Part shown: positions 20,947 to 31,224 of the stretch, piece after piece
How the letters are laid out: every line of letters begins with the position of its first letter
How positions within the stretch are numbered: position 1 is the first letter of the stretch
Virus record (IMG/VR): IMGVR_UViG_3300032236_001065
Span: 1 to 64,000 of that record
Direction: 5' to 3' (one strand)
DNA: 64,000 nt
Origin: a virus
Made by a program: the position numbers and the translations under genes
The notes under the pieces: model-generated
What the model saw: only the letters and a program-made list of their open reading frames with translations
The model's database searches: none
Told to the model about the DNA's origin: nothing

Positions 20947-20985
20947 GATTGGGGGGATTACTTAGGTAGTCCCCTTAATCATTTT
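20947..20985 (+). terminator. Intrinsic terminator after capsid gene
   Basis: GATTGGGGGGATTAC-TTAG-GTAGTCCCCTTAATC then ATTTT. Confidence 0.75.
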
Positions 20986-21000
20986 CTGCTATAATAAACA

Positions 21001-21417
21001 ATGACGAAAGGAAATTTAATGTCATTTACAGAATTAAAAGTTACAGAATTAAGAAAAGTTGCAGATTCATTTGGTGTAGATACCAGTGAATTAAAGACAA
21101 AACAAGAAATCATTGCTGCCATTGAAGAAGAAGGCATTACATATCAGATGTATGCTAAGTTTGACGGGGCAGAAAAGCAAGAAGTCAAAATCTCAGAAAT
21201 GGAAAAGGTCCAAAGAGAAAAGAAGATTTTGAAGCCTACAAATTCAGTTTTAGTTAAGATGGAAAGAATGAATCACTCCTACCAGACTGGTGGATATACA
21301 TTCTCTGAAGAACATCCTTTTGTTGCTATGTCAGAAGCAGACGCACAACGTATTTTTGACACACAAGATGGATTCCGCCTTGCGACTCCCCGAGAGGCTC
21401 AAGAGTACTACTCATAA
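21001..21417 (+). CDS. Rho-N/HeH-like domain protein (start 21001 or 21019)
   Basis: ELKVTELRKVA..FGV.....TKQEII motif; TGCTATAAT at 20987-20995. Confidence 0.6.
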   Translation: MTKGNLMSFTELKVTELRKVADSFGVDTSELKTKQEIIAAIEEEGITYQMYAKFDGAEKQEVKISEMEKVQREKKILKPTNSVLVKMERMNHSYQTGGYTFSEEHPFVAMSEADAQRIFDTQDGFRLATPREAQEYYS

Positions 21418-21434
21418 ATAAGGAGGCGATTTGA

Positions 21435-22385
21435 TTGCAGACAATAGCAAACAACAGCCAAGTAAAAATAAAGTTAGAAATCTTCAGCGATGGAGTTCTA
21501 ACTCAAGCAGATAGCGATCCTAAAGTATCATTCTATGATGCTGATAATGATGCAAGCGTGATAACTGGCTTTTCAAATTTGTCTGTAATAGATGAGCAAC
21601 CTAATGGTATATACTCATTTTTATTGACCCCCGCAATTACTAGTGTTAACCGAGTCCTAGAGGTCAGATGGACCTACACTCTTGGTGGAGTAACTGCTAC
21701 ACAGACAGACTTCTATCGCGTAGAGTCTCCATATGCAACAGTTTCAGAAGTTATTGACTTCCTAGGATTTGGTTCAACACCAGCAGATTCAAATTATGTT
21801 GATCCAAAGCAGATTGCAAATGCTGAAAAAATGGCAAGAACAATCATTGAAGGTTATACGGGAGTAAAATTTTATACATACTACGGTTCACAAGAAGTCC
21901 GTGGAATAGGTGCAGACATTGTAGAACTAACAGAAAGAATTTTAACTATTGATAAAGTTCTTGAAAATGATTATGTAGTTATTGATACTACAATTCAACC
22001 ATATTTAAATACATTTGGGTTTTCTGTTGAGATAACGCCAACAGCTAAAGGAGTTCGCATCATGAACCCTGGCTGGGATGTTCAATATGACAATCAAGTA
22101 GATCCAACCGTAATGTACTATGGTAAGTTTAAAGATGGTGCAAGATATACTTTTGTTGGGCAAATGGGATATAAGTATGTTCCAGAAGATATCAAACAAG
22201 CATCAATGCTTTTAATTCAAGATCTTCTTGCAAATGATTATAATTGGAGAAACAAATACCTTCAAAAGGTTGACCTAAGTGAAATCTCTTTTGAGATGGC
22301 AAAGGGTGCATTTAACGGTACAGGCAATGTAACCGTAGATAACATCCTAGACCAATATCGCAACGTCAATATAGTGATTATCTAA
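21435..22385 (+). CDS. Head-to-tail adaptor with N-terminal Ig-like domain
   Basis: YAT..EV, A...IE.YTG..F, GY..VP.DI..A..L; AGGAGG SD, TTG start. Confidence 0.75.
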   Translation: MQTIANNSQVKIKLEIFSDGVLTQADSDPKVSFYDADNDASVITGFSNLSVIDEQPNGIYSFLLTPAITSVNRVLEVRWTYTLGGVTATQTDFYRVESPYATVSEVIDFLGFGSTPADSNYVDPKQIANAEKMARTIIEGYTGVKFYTYYGSQEVRGIGADIVELTERILTIDKVLENDYVVIDTTIQPYLNTFGFSVEITPTAKGVRIMNPGWDVQYDNQVDPTVMYYGKFKDGARYTFVGQMGYKYVPEDIKQASMLLIQDLLANDYNWRNKYLQKVDLSEISFEMAKGAFNGTGNVTVDNILDQYRNVNIVII

Positions 22386-22837
22386 TGTTTAACGCATCCG
22401 TTATAGCCTCTATTATGAATATGAAGGCTGATATCTACAAGCAACAAAATGCACAAGATCCAAATACGGGAGCAGTTACTCGTCAATGGGTATATCAAAA
22501 AACAATTCAGTGCAAAGTAGAGCCAATTAAAGTAGGCGGGGCATCAACTAGGGGCGACAATAAAGTTTATGCAACAAATGTTGAAGGTGCTTATACAGAG
22601 AAGATGCAGTTAAAGCTAAAAGGTCTTGAGCTTATGTCCAAGCGTTGGAGAATAGAAAACATTCGTTCAAGTGATGGTAAGCAAGTATATGTTGAAATTG
22701 ATAAGATTGATTCTCCAGATACTAAGTTTGAAGTAACTTCTTCACACGCCGTGTTAGACCCCTTTGGTAAAATTTCTTATTATGAATCTGTAGTCACAAG
22801 AGTCCAGGTGCAGGACGATGATCCAACTTCAAATTGA
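22385..22837 (+). CDS. Head closure/stopper protein
   Basis: Position, size, Q......G....W motif. Confidence 0.6.
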   Translation: MFNASVIASIMNMKADIYKQQNAQDPNTGAVTRQWVYQKTIQCKVEPIKVGGASTRGDNKVYATNVEGAYTEKMQLKLKGLELMSKRWRIENIRSSDGKQVYVEIDKIDSPDTKFEVTSSHAVLDPFGKISYYESVVTRVQVQDDDPTSN

Positions 22838-23537
22838 TACAGGGGCTATGATTGCCGAACTTGACAATAAGATAGCGGGAATAAAAGAATTAACATCTCC
22901 TTCTGTATTAACAGAAATTGCAAAAGCTACATTTACAATTACAGGAAATAGATTTGTTACAGATCTTGACAATTATGCAAGACGTAATCCAAAGAAAATG
23001 CACCATGTTTATGAATGGGGTGGAATTGGAAAGCCACAGTCAAGACTTTTTGTTTTAGAAAGAGCTGCTGTGCTATATGGCGATTTAAATGTAAATACTA
23101 GATTCCTACCCTCAAAACTTCCAGTTCCGATTAGCCCAGCTCTATTAACACCAGGACCAACTGGTAAAGTAGTTTCAAAAAGAAGTATTTTTGCTGATAA
23201 GGCAACTGTTATGGAAAAAGGAACAAAAGTAAGTTTTTCTGCAAAAAAAGTTTTGGCTTTTGCAGATGGACAAGGAATTGCTTTTATTGCAAAGGGCACA
23301 ACAATCAATATTAATAACCCTGGGGGCATACAAACAAAAAATGCTTTTGCCACCTATATGCTAGATTGGTATACTAAGAACGGCAATGTAGTCATGGATG
23401 GATCAGGATTTTATGAAAAGATTCAGGCAGAAACTGAAGCAGTTCTAAATGCTAACGGTACTGGGGCTACACAGGTCAAACAAGCGGTTATGAGGGCAGC
23501 AGAAGCTGTTTCAGCAGGAAAGGTAGAGATTATATGA
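22818..23537 (+). CDS. Neck protein (HK97 gp10-like position)
   Basis: Synteny; HHVYEW motif. Confidence 0.5.
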   Translation: MIQLQIDTGAMIAELDNKIAGIKELTSPSVLTEIAKATFTITGNRFVTDLDNYARRNPKKMHHVYEWGGIGKPQSRLFVLERAAVLYGDLNVNTRFLPSKLPVPISPALLTPGPTGKVVSKRSIFADKATVMEKGTKVSFSAKKVLAFADGQGIAFIAKGTTININNPGGIQTKNAFATYMLDWYTKNGNVVMDGSGFYEKIQAETEAVLNANGTGATQVKQAVMRAAEAVSAGKVEII

Positions 23538-24052
23538 CAACTGATTATACACACGTAGCAGCCTACGATATTCGCAATTTTATATGGGCGGAATTGCAAA
23601 GTTCAGGGCTTCTTAAGCCTAGTGATTATATAGCTGATGGTTTTTCAGAACCACTAATTCCTATTATTCCATCACAACAAGTTCCAGAATTTAACAATCT
23701 TTTGCCAGGTAAAACATATATTACTTATAATGTATCTCAAAAGAACTATGGTGTTCAGTGGTGGGTCTCAGAAGAAAATTTCATCATGGAAGTAGTTTCC
23801 AGAAATAATGCTCAAATTCAGACAATAATTAACTTCCTGATAGACCTTTTCAGAAGATACGACCTTTCGGCTGGCGATCTTAATGTTTCGCTAGTAGCTG
23901 GAAGCCCATTCAAATTTCTCTGGTTTAGACTTGATACTTCAGATCCAGTTCAGCCATTTGTTGATGAAGGCGGGTTCATGAGTGGAGACCTCTCCATAGT
24001 ATATGGATATACCCGTGAGGTTGATGTATCTGGCAATGGCCGAATGCTTTAA
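23534..24052 (+). CDS. Tail terminator/completion protein
   Basis: Directly before tail tube gene; size and composition. Confidence 0.55.
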   Translation: MTTDYTHVAAYDIRNFIWAELQSSGLLKPSDYIADGFSEPLIPIIPSQQVPEFNNLLPGKTYITYNVSQKNYGVQWWVSEENFIMEVVSRNNAQIQTIINFLIDLFRRYDLSAGDLNVSLVAGSPFKFLWFRLDTSDPVQPFVDEGGFMSGDLSIVYGYTREVDVSGNGRML

Positions 24053-24128
24053 AATTTGAATTATTTCCCTTCAATGCTATAGTTTTACTTGAGGAAGTAA
24101 GTTGTCATCTTTTTTGTTTATTCTAAAT

Positions 24129-24147
24129 AAAATAAGGTGGTGAAATA
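24129..24147 (+). promoter_or_regulatory. Shared 19-nt leader/RBS of major tail gene
   Basis: Identical to 19743-19761; TGCTATAGT at 24075-24083 upstream. Confidence 0.7.
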
Positions 24148-24153
24148 TAAAAT

Positions 24154-24939
24154 ATGGCTACAAGTACAAAAAATATTCTCGTTGGTGCAGCATCTATTTT
24201 CGTAAGCGTTGGAAACAGCTCTAACGATGCAGGTCGCCCAAACACAAAAGCATCAGATTTAGCAACACTCATGCCTTCACAGACATCAGCTCGTTCAGCT
24301 CTTCTTGGATCTTCAACATTCCGTGAGGTTGGTTACACAACTTCTGGACTAGAAGTTTCATACGAGCCAAACTATGGTGAAGTGATGGTTGATCAGCTTC
24401 TTGATGCAGCTCGTCTATTCAAGCAATCACTTAAGGTTATGCTTAAGACAGAACTCACAGAAGCAACTCTTGAAAACCTTCAGCTTTCATGGGGTCAACT
24501 TGATTATGTCTATGGAACAAACTCATCTGGTACAGCTACTCAATCAATTCCATTGTTGATTCCTAATGACTCAACAGTTACAACTGTTTCAGATAATCCA
24601 GCAGCAACCCTTAAGATGGCTGCAGGTGCACTTGGTGATGCTCCAGTAGAGCGTACACTTATTGCAGTTGGTAATGCACCAGCACAAATTGGTTCTTCTG
24701 TTGCAACAACAGACGCAGGAACTGCAATCGGTTCTGGAGTAACAACAGCTATTGCTCGTAACAAGGAGCGTGTATATGTTGCACGTCGTGTAGTATCAAT
24801 TGATACAACCGCACATGCATTGAAGCGTGACACAGCAACTGTGTTCCCAGTTTCATTCCGTTGCCTACCAGATAGCGATCCAAGCTACTCAGGTATGGAA
24901 TACGGCGTAGTTATTGACCGTGTATTCGGTACATACTAA
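24154..24939 (+). CDS. Major tail tube protein
   Basis: NI.VGA, VGYT..GLE..Y.P....V.VDQ, E.TLENL motifs; precedes chaperone and tape measure genes. Confidence 0.85.
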   Translation: MATSTKNILVGAASIFVSVGNSSNDAGRPNTKASDLATLMPSQTSARSALLGSSTFREVGYTTSGLEVSYEPNYGEVMVDQLLDAARLFKQSLKVMLKTELTEATLENLQLSWGQLDYVYGTNSSGTATQSIPLLIPNDSTVTTVSDNPAATLKMAAGALGDAPVERTLIAVGNAPAQIGSSVATTDAGTAIGSGVTTAIARNKERVYVARRVVSIDTTAHALKRDTATVFPVSFRCLPDSDPSYSGMEYGVVIDRVFGTY

Positions 24940-24964
24940 TCTGTAAACAAAACTTAATATAGAT

Positions 24965-25003
24965 TTCAGGCCCCCGTCAATAAAAGGCGGGGGTTCTGAA
25001 TTT
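24965..25003 (+). terminator. Intrinsic terminator after tail tube gene
   Basis: TTCAGGCCCCCGTC-AATAAAA-GGCGGGGGTTCTGAA then TTT. Confidence 0.75.
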
Positions 25004-25051
25004 GTCTAAGCACAAAGTATTGGTATAATTTAACTAACAAAAGGAGCTATA

Positions 25052-25387
25052 ATGGCAACAACAGTATATGATGTAGTAGAAATTGAATTAAGTAACGGGG
25101 AGACTGTTACTCTAAAACCCCTGCCTATTAAGCAGTTGAAGAAGTTTATGGATATTGTCAAGGAAATGGAACTGCCAGAGAATGAATCTGAAGATGCAGC
25201 AATGGACGTATTCATTAAAGCAGCTATGGTGTGCTTGGAAGCATCAAAGTCCCCACTAGCAACAAATAAAGATTTGTTTGAGGAAACAGTTGAAGTTCCT
25301 ACAATGATGAAGATTCTTGAAGTTTGCGGAGGTTTGAAACTTAACGACCCAAACCTACTGGGAGCAGCTCTAGTTGGGACGAACTAG
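25052..25387 (+). CDS. Tail assembly chaperone (G)
   Basis: Between tail tube and TMP; TGGTATAAT 25021-25029 and AAGGAG SD. Confidence 0.8.
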   Translation: MATTVYDVVEIELSNGETVTLKPLPIKQLKKFMDIVKEMELPENESEDAAMDVFIKAAMVCLEASKSPLATNKDLFEETVEVPTMMKILEVCGGLKLNDPNLLGAALVGTN

Positions 25388-25665
25388 ATCTAGCCTCCCT
25401 TGAGTCCGAAGTTTTCTTGCTCGGTCATTGGAAAAATTATGATGAGCTTGAAAGCAACCTGTCGCTAGATGAGTTGATGGCAACATTGAACGCAGCTAGA
25501 GATAGAGAACATCGTGAAAGGAAGTTCCTGGCAGCAATGCAGGGTATTGATCTGGAAGAAGATAAAGAACCAGAAGATATTACAGCGTTGGTAGATGTAA
25601 GAACTGCAAGAGACGAAGGCTTTGGTATAAACGAAGGACTTGGTTTCATGAGTCAGGAAGGGTGA
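25052..25665 (+). CDS. Tail assembly chaperone G-T frameshift fusion
   Basis: -1 frame reads PTGSSSSWDELDLASLESEVFLLGHWKNYDELE... and joins track ORF 25417-25665, which has no SD. Confidence 0.75.
25348..25354 (+). other. -1 programmed ribosomal frameshift site (C CCA AAC)
   Basis: XXXYYYZ heptamer in correct phase; -1 frame open to TGA 25665; hairpin TCTAGTT/AACTAGA at 25369-25388. Confidence 0.8.
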
Positions 25666-25668
25666 TAA

Positions 25669-28600
25669 GTGGCTAATATTCAATTAAAGATTACCGCATT
25701 AGGTGATTTTTCAAGCGTTAACAATCAACTTAAAGCCCTTCAAACACAGGTACAACTTCTTCAAAAAAGTATTGCTGGTGTCGGATTAGATGCCAGCTTA
25801 ACAACACAACTTAAAAATGTTCAAAATGAGTTTAGTAATGCTTTAGTATCTAGCGGTAATTTTACAAAGCAAACAGTACAATTAACTTCTGAAACAGAAA
25901 AATTTGGAGCAGCACTTCAAGCTGGAAAGTTAAAGCTTGGAGATTATTTTAGTATTATTACTGGTCGCTCGGGTGCTGCTCAAAAATCCGTACAAGCACT
26001 TGCAGTAGAACAAGTTAAGCTTAATAACTCTATTGTCCAACAAGATATTACTAAGCAGGGTGTATATAGTGTATACACACCTACAACCATTAATGCTACT
26101 GCAAAAGCAGTTGAACTAGCAGCCGCCAAACAAAATATATTTAATATTGCTGTTCAGCAAGGATCTCAAAAGCTTATTGATTTTGGTAAGAATACTCAGT
26201 GGGCAGGTCGTCAGCTTACTGTTGGTCTTTCTATGCCAGCCCTGCTTTTTGGTAGCCAAGCTGTTGCAGCTTTTAAGGCAGTAAATACAGAATTAACAAG
26301 ATTGCAAAGACTTTATGGTGAAGGTCTTACACCCCCATCACAAGCACAATTAACACAGATCTCTGATCAAGTTATTAAATTGGGCGCACAAGTTGCAACT
26401 CAAATGGGTATTGCACAGTCAGAAACTGTTAAAGTAGCAGCAAACTTTGCAGCTATGGGTAAAGAAGGTCAGAATCTTCTTGATGTAACATATCAAGCAC
26501 AAAGACTTTCTAAGCTCGGTGCTATTGATGCAACACAAGCAACAAACACTATTGTTTCGCTACAAAACGTTTACAAGGTAAGCACTATGGATCTTGCCAA
26601 CGCAGTTAACTTTATGTCATCTATGCAGAAGCAAACCACCATGTCGCTTCAAGATATGACTGATGCAATTCCTCGTGTTGGACCTATCATGGCACAACTT
26701 GGTGGTTCATACAAAGACACAGCAGTTATGCTTCTTGCAATGCGTGAAGCTGGTGTACCAGCAGCCCAAGCCGCTAACGCACTTAAATCAGCATTTGCAT
26801 CTATCATTGCACCAACTTCAGCCGCAACAAAAGAGTTTGCATCGTTCGGTATTAACCTAGATAAAATTAAATCATCTGGAACACCAGTACAAATGCTTAT
26901 GGCTCTGCAGTCAGCTCTTGTAGGAATAGCTCCACTTGCAAGAGAGCAGTTAATTGAAAAGTTATTTGGTAAGTTCCAGTTTGCTCGTGTGTCAGCACTT
27001 CTTGATAACTTTGGAAAAGTAGGATCTCAAACACAAAACGCTTTGAAGGTAGCTGGTGCAACAAATGCACAGCTTGCAACTTTGGCGGGACAAGAAATGG
27101 CTCAAGCTACAGCTTCTACTACAGCTAAATGGCAAAGAGCAATAGAAGGACTTAAAGCTTCACTATATCCAATTGGTCAAAAGATTCTTGAAGTAGGAAC
27201 AAAGATTATGGACTTTGGCCAAAAGATTGCAGATTTCTTTAATAAGTTACCTGGCCCAATTAAATCAGGTTTAGGAATTTTGCTTACACTTGGAGTTATA
27301 GCTGGTCCAGTAATTATGATTACTGGTTTGTTTGCTAACTTATTTGGACAAGTAGTAAAGGTTGGATACTCACTACTTGGTGTTATTGATGGAAGTAAAA
27401 AGTGGAGAGAATTAATGACTCCCGCTGGAATTGCTGCAAAGACAGCAACAGATGCATTTCAAACAGGGTTGCTTGAAAATGTTACTGCAGTAGATACCCT
27501 TAACGCCGCACTTCAAAGATTGATTACAAGTCTTGAAGCAATCAATACTGCAATGAATATATCAACTGGTTCTGCAATAGTTAGTACTGTAGAGGCAGGA
27601 TTAGCTGGCGGAAAGATACCATTCAAAGCACCAGGAATGGCTACAGGAGGAGTTGTTCCAGGAACAGGAAACTCAGATAGTTATCCTGCAATGCTCACTC
27701 CAGGCGAAGCGGTAATTCCAAAGAGTGCAGTAGCAGAACATGGACCACTAATCAATGCAATTATATCTGGAAGTTTGCCAGGATATAATGGCGGACTTAG
27801 AGCTAATGTAAGACAGCAATATGGTGGAAACTTTAATTATTTGTCTGAAAGCGGAAATATAAGAAGTTATGCAGATAGAGAAGTAGCACACCTTGATGCT
27901 CCAATAGATTTGCCAACAGGTGCAAGTGAAGAAAATGCAAAAGTTGCGATGTACCATAGAGAAATAAATCAAGGTACAAACAGTGGCATGTCAGCACAGG
28001 ACTACTTAGATTATTTAAATGGACAAACAATGTCTGTAGGCAATGGTGGCAGATTAATGCCAAAGCTAAGAGTCGTTGATGCTGCTGGCAATCCAGCTTC
28101 AAGATCAATTACTCATAGTCAAGAATTGGCATATGGACCAATGGCAACAACTGCAGGTATCACTGATCCAAAACAAAGACAAGCTTTTTATGATGAAATT
28201 GATAAAAGAATAAAGGCTTGGTTAGAGCCTTTGGCTAAAGCTAACAAGCAGATTAAAGATGTCGCAGGACCAGGACAAGAAAGTGCAACACAAGTTGGTC
28301 AAATTGTTAATGAAGTATTAAAACAACAAAGCTTTGGACAAACTCAAGATGCAATTAGTACTTTGGAAGCACCTCTTGAAACAAGAACTACGGGTAAGGG
28401 AAGATCGGGAAGAACTAGAAGATTTGTAGGTGGCGATACTAGAATATCTGGTATAGTGTCAAAGATACTAGCTGGAAAAACAGTAACTAAATCTCAAGAA
28501 GATACCTTGATGGCATCAGGACTTATTGATTCAGGAAACTTTTCTAAGCTTGATTCAGAAGCAAGAAAACAACTTGAGATAGAATCTCCTTCCAAAAAGG

Positions 28601-31224
28601 GAGAAGCTACAGGAAAATCATATGTTTCTGGAGTACAAAAAGGTGTCAAAGAACAAGCACCTGAGTTATGGACTGAAGGCAAAAAAGTTGTTTCATCAAT
28701 GCATGACGGAATTGAAGAAGGACTTAATGGATCTGCAGGTCAATCAAAGATACAGTCAATATTTAGTAGAGCATTCGGTGCTAATTCTCGTCTAGGCGGA
28801 ATGATGTCTAAATTCTCTGGTATGGGAATGATGGGCCGTATGGGTGTTGGTATGGGCATAACAACAGTTTCACAGATGGCTTCACCGCTACTCAGCAAAC
28901 TTCCTGGTGGTAATTTAATTACAGATGCAATGTCTGGTGCTGGAATGGGTGCAGGATTTGGACCTTGGGGTATGGCGGCGGGAGCCGCAATAAGCCTTGT
29001 AACAGGTGGCATAAAGTCATTAATGGCTATGGAAAAACAACATGCTGCAGAATCTAAAGCAGACTTTACATCAAGTGCAGATGCAGTTCAATTCCTAGGT
29101 GGTAAAGTTGTTGATACAACATCTCATCTAAAAGACCTAAATATTGTACTTAATAATCCATCAAGCGGAACTTCAAATGCTGCTAAAGCTTTGGGTGCAA
29201 ATATAGCATATACAAGCCAGCAGTTAGACAGCTTTGCTTCAATGGTAAAGAGTTTACCAAAAGATAACTCTCTAGCATTAGTAATTAAACAAGTAAAAGA
29301 TGCAGGAGATTCAGGATCTGCAGCAAAAATAGCAGCTGAATTTGCAACACTTAATCAGGCTATTAATAATACAAGTCCTACACAAGCAAAGCAGCTTGAA
29401 CAATTAATATTAACAGTTGGCGGTAAAGATGCAAGTGCGGCAAAGCCTCCAGTTGCAAACCAGCTAGATGCAATGAGAGCATCACTAAGTGCCGCATTGC
29501 CAAATGGAAAACAATTCTCACAAGTAATTGGACAAATTACAAGTGCAGCATTAAATGCTAACTCCCTAGATAGCATAAATCTAGCTATAAAAGCAATCGG
29601 TTCTTCATCGGCAACTGCCGAACAACAAGTAGCGGGACTATTAGGGTACTTCACCCAGCTAGGAAATTCTGGAGCCATAAAGCTTATAACTGCAATGCAA
29701 GGACAGGGCGGGTTTAACGGAGGAGACATACTTAAAACCCTTGCAGCATATCAAGGCGGAGCTAATATTACTTTTGCAACATTGTCAAAAGACCTTAAGT
29801 CTGGAGCAATAGATAAAACACTTACAGCACAAGAGGATAAAAGAAAGAAAAATGCTAAAGAAATTGCAGGTTTGCAAGATCAACTTAATAAACTGCAAAA
29901 TGCAAATACATCTGGGCAAATAGCAAATACAGCTGCAACAAATGCAGGGCTTCCAGCATTAAATCAAAGACAAAAGCTTCTTGATGCAAATCTTAAAAAG
30001 CTTCAAGATTTGCAAAAAGCACAAACTCAAAATACAAATTATGCTACAACAAAAGAAGATCTTAAGAATCAAATTCTTATGGCTCAAGCCACAGGCGATA
30101 ATCTTAAAGCCCAGTTATTACAGCAACAACTCATGGGTGCTACAAAAGACTTTAATTTACAAAACAGTGTAGATAAAGCACAACAAGCAGCAGATGCTAA
30201 TAGATTAGCAATAGATCAAGCAAATGCTCAAGCAACTACTTTGCAGACTACTGCACAAAATAATAATACTGCGGCAATAGATGCATTGACTAAAAAAATT
30301 GCTGCTTTACAAAATGGTCCGAACCCAGGATCAATTAACATGGACTCAACGGCTGGACAAAAAGGCCCAGGTTTGTCAGCATCTGGTTTTGGATCATTAA
30401 GTGATTTAAATAAGTTTAAAATTTCTCCAAGCGTAGGTGCTACATTTACTGGGCAAGATGGAAAGCAATATAAGATTGCTGGTATAAATAAAAATCCAGG
30501 AAAAGGCCTTTTGCCAACATTCCAAGCATATCCAGTTTCAAAAGCAGATGGTGGACACATAACTGGACCAGGATCTTCAACATCTGATTCAATACCAGCA
30601 ATGCTTTCAAACGGTGAATATGTAATCAATGCAGGTGCAGTATCACATTATGGTAAGGGAACATTTGATGCTCTTAATGCCCGCCATCTTGCTAAAGGCG
30701 GGGTAGCAAGAACTAACTCTTCTATTACTTATCACCGTCAACACATGAATAGAATTTCTCGTCACTTTGCTAACGGCGGTATTGTTGATATGTTAATGGG
30801 TAATGCCATTGGTAATGCAGAACACCAAATGGGCAGTGCATTAAGTTTCTTGAGTAAAGAAGCCCTTGAAACAGTTGGAATTAGTCCAGCATTAAGATTG
30901 TTACAAGGTAAAAAACAAAGTAATTGGGATTATTTAGGAGTTGCTTCAATGTTGGCTGGGCCAGCAAAAGGCTTGGGATTAATTCCAAAAGCACTCGGAC
31001 CTTTGGCAGCTTTGTTAGAAGGCGCAGATCTTACTCAAAATACATTTGAAGCGGCGGGTAATTTGAAACAAAGTGCAGCTGGGTCAAATCACATATATAA
31101 TGTAAATGTGAATGTAGCAAAGGTTGACTCAACAGTGGATATGGAAAAGGCAATTCATGATGCAATGTCCAAGATTGATGCAAAAGCAAAGATGAGTGGT
31201 AGAGTAAGCGTGGTGGGTGGATAA
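25669..31224 (+). CDS. Tape measure protein
   Basis: 1851 aa, Ala/Gln-rich helical; TP901-type core (AANALKS); two GG..PG.G.SDS.PAML..GE.V motifs. Confidence 0.92.
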   Translation: MANIQLKITALGDFSSVNNQLKALQTQVQLLQKSIAGVGLDASLTTQLKNVQNEFSNALVSSGNFTKQTVQLTSETEKFGAALQAGKLKLGDYFSIITGRSGAAQKSVQALAVEQVKLNNSIVQQDITKQGVYSVYTPTTINATAKAVELAAAKQNIFNIAVQQGSQKLIDFGKNTQWAGRQLTVGLSMPALLFGSQAVAAFKAVNTELTRLQRLYGEGLTPPSQAQLTQISDQVIKLGAQVATQMGIAQSETVKVAANFAAMGKEGQNLLDVTYQAQRLSKLGAIDATQATNTIVSLQNVYKVSTMDLANAVNFMSSMQKQTTMSLQDMTDAIPRVGPIMAQLGGSYKDTAVMLLAMREAGVPAAQAANALKSAFASIIAPTSAATKEFASFGINLDKIKSSGTPVQMLMALQSALVGIAPLAREQLIEKLFGKFQFARVSALLDNFGKVGSQTQNALKVAGATNAQLATLAGQEMAQATASTTAKWQRAIEGLKASLYPIGQKILEVGTKIMDFGQKIADFFNKLPGPIKSGLGILLTLGVIAGPVIMITGLFANLFGQVVKVGYSLLGVIDGSKKWRELMTPAGIAAKTATDAFQTGLLENVTAVDTLNAALQRLITSLEAINTAMNISTGSAIVSTVEAGLAGGKIPFKAPGMATGGVVPGTGNSDSYPAMLTPGEAVIPKSAVAEHGPLINAIISGSLPGYNGGLRANVRQQYGGNFNYLSESGNIRSYADREVAHLDAPIDLPTGASEENAKVAMYHREINQGTNSGMSAQDYLDYLNGQTMSVGNGGRLMPKLRVVDAAGNPASRSITHSQELAYGPMATTAGITDPKQRQAFYDEIDKRIKAWLEPLAKANKQIKDVAGPGQESATQVGQIVNEVLKQQSFGQTQDAISTLEAPLETRTTGKGRSGRTRRFVGGDTRISGIVSKILAGKTVTKSQEDTLMASGLIDSGNFSKLDSEARKQLEIESPSKKGEATGKSYVSGVQKGVKEQAPELWTEGKKVVSSMHDGIEEGLNGSAGQSKIQSIFSRAFGANSRLGGMMSKFSGMGMMGRMGVGMGITTVSQMASPLLSKLPGGNLITDAMSGAGMGAGFGPWGMAAGAAISLVTGGIKSLMAMEKQHAAESKADFTSSADAVQFLGGKVVDTTSHLKDLNIVLNNPSSGTSNAAKALGANIAYTSQQLDSFASMVKSLPKDNSLALVIKQVKDAGDSGSAAKIAAEFATLNQAINNTSPTQAKQLEQLILTVGGKDASAAKPPVANQLDAMRASLSAALPNGKQFSQVIGQITSAALNANSLDSINLAIKAIGSSSATAEQQVAGLLGYFTQLGNSGAIKLITAMQGQGGFNGGDILKTLAAYQGGANITFATLSKDLKSGAIDKTLTAQEDKRKKNAKEIAGLQDQLNKLQNANTSGQIANTAATNAGLPALNQRQKLLDANLKKLQDLQKAQTQNTNYATTKEDLKNQILMAQATGDNLKAQLLQQQLMGATKDFNLQNSVDKAQQAADANRLAIDQANAQATTLQTTAQNNNTAAIDALTKKIAALQNGPNPGSINMDSTAGQKGPGLSASGFGSLSDLNKFKISPSVGATFTGQDGKQYKIAGINKNPGKGLLPTFQAYPVSKADGGHITGPGSSTSDSIPAMLSNGEYVINAGAVSHYGKGTFDALNARHLAKGGVARTNSSITYHRQHMNRISRHFANGGIVDMLMGNAIGNAEHQMGSALSFLSKEALETVGISPALRLLQGKKQSNWDYLGVASMLAGPAKGLGLIPKALGPLAALLEGADLTQNTFEAAGNLKQSAAGSNHIYNVNVNVAKVDSTVDMEKAIHDAMSKIDAKAKMSGRVSVVGG

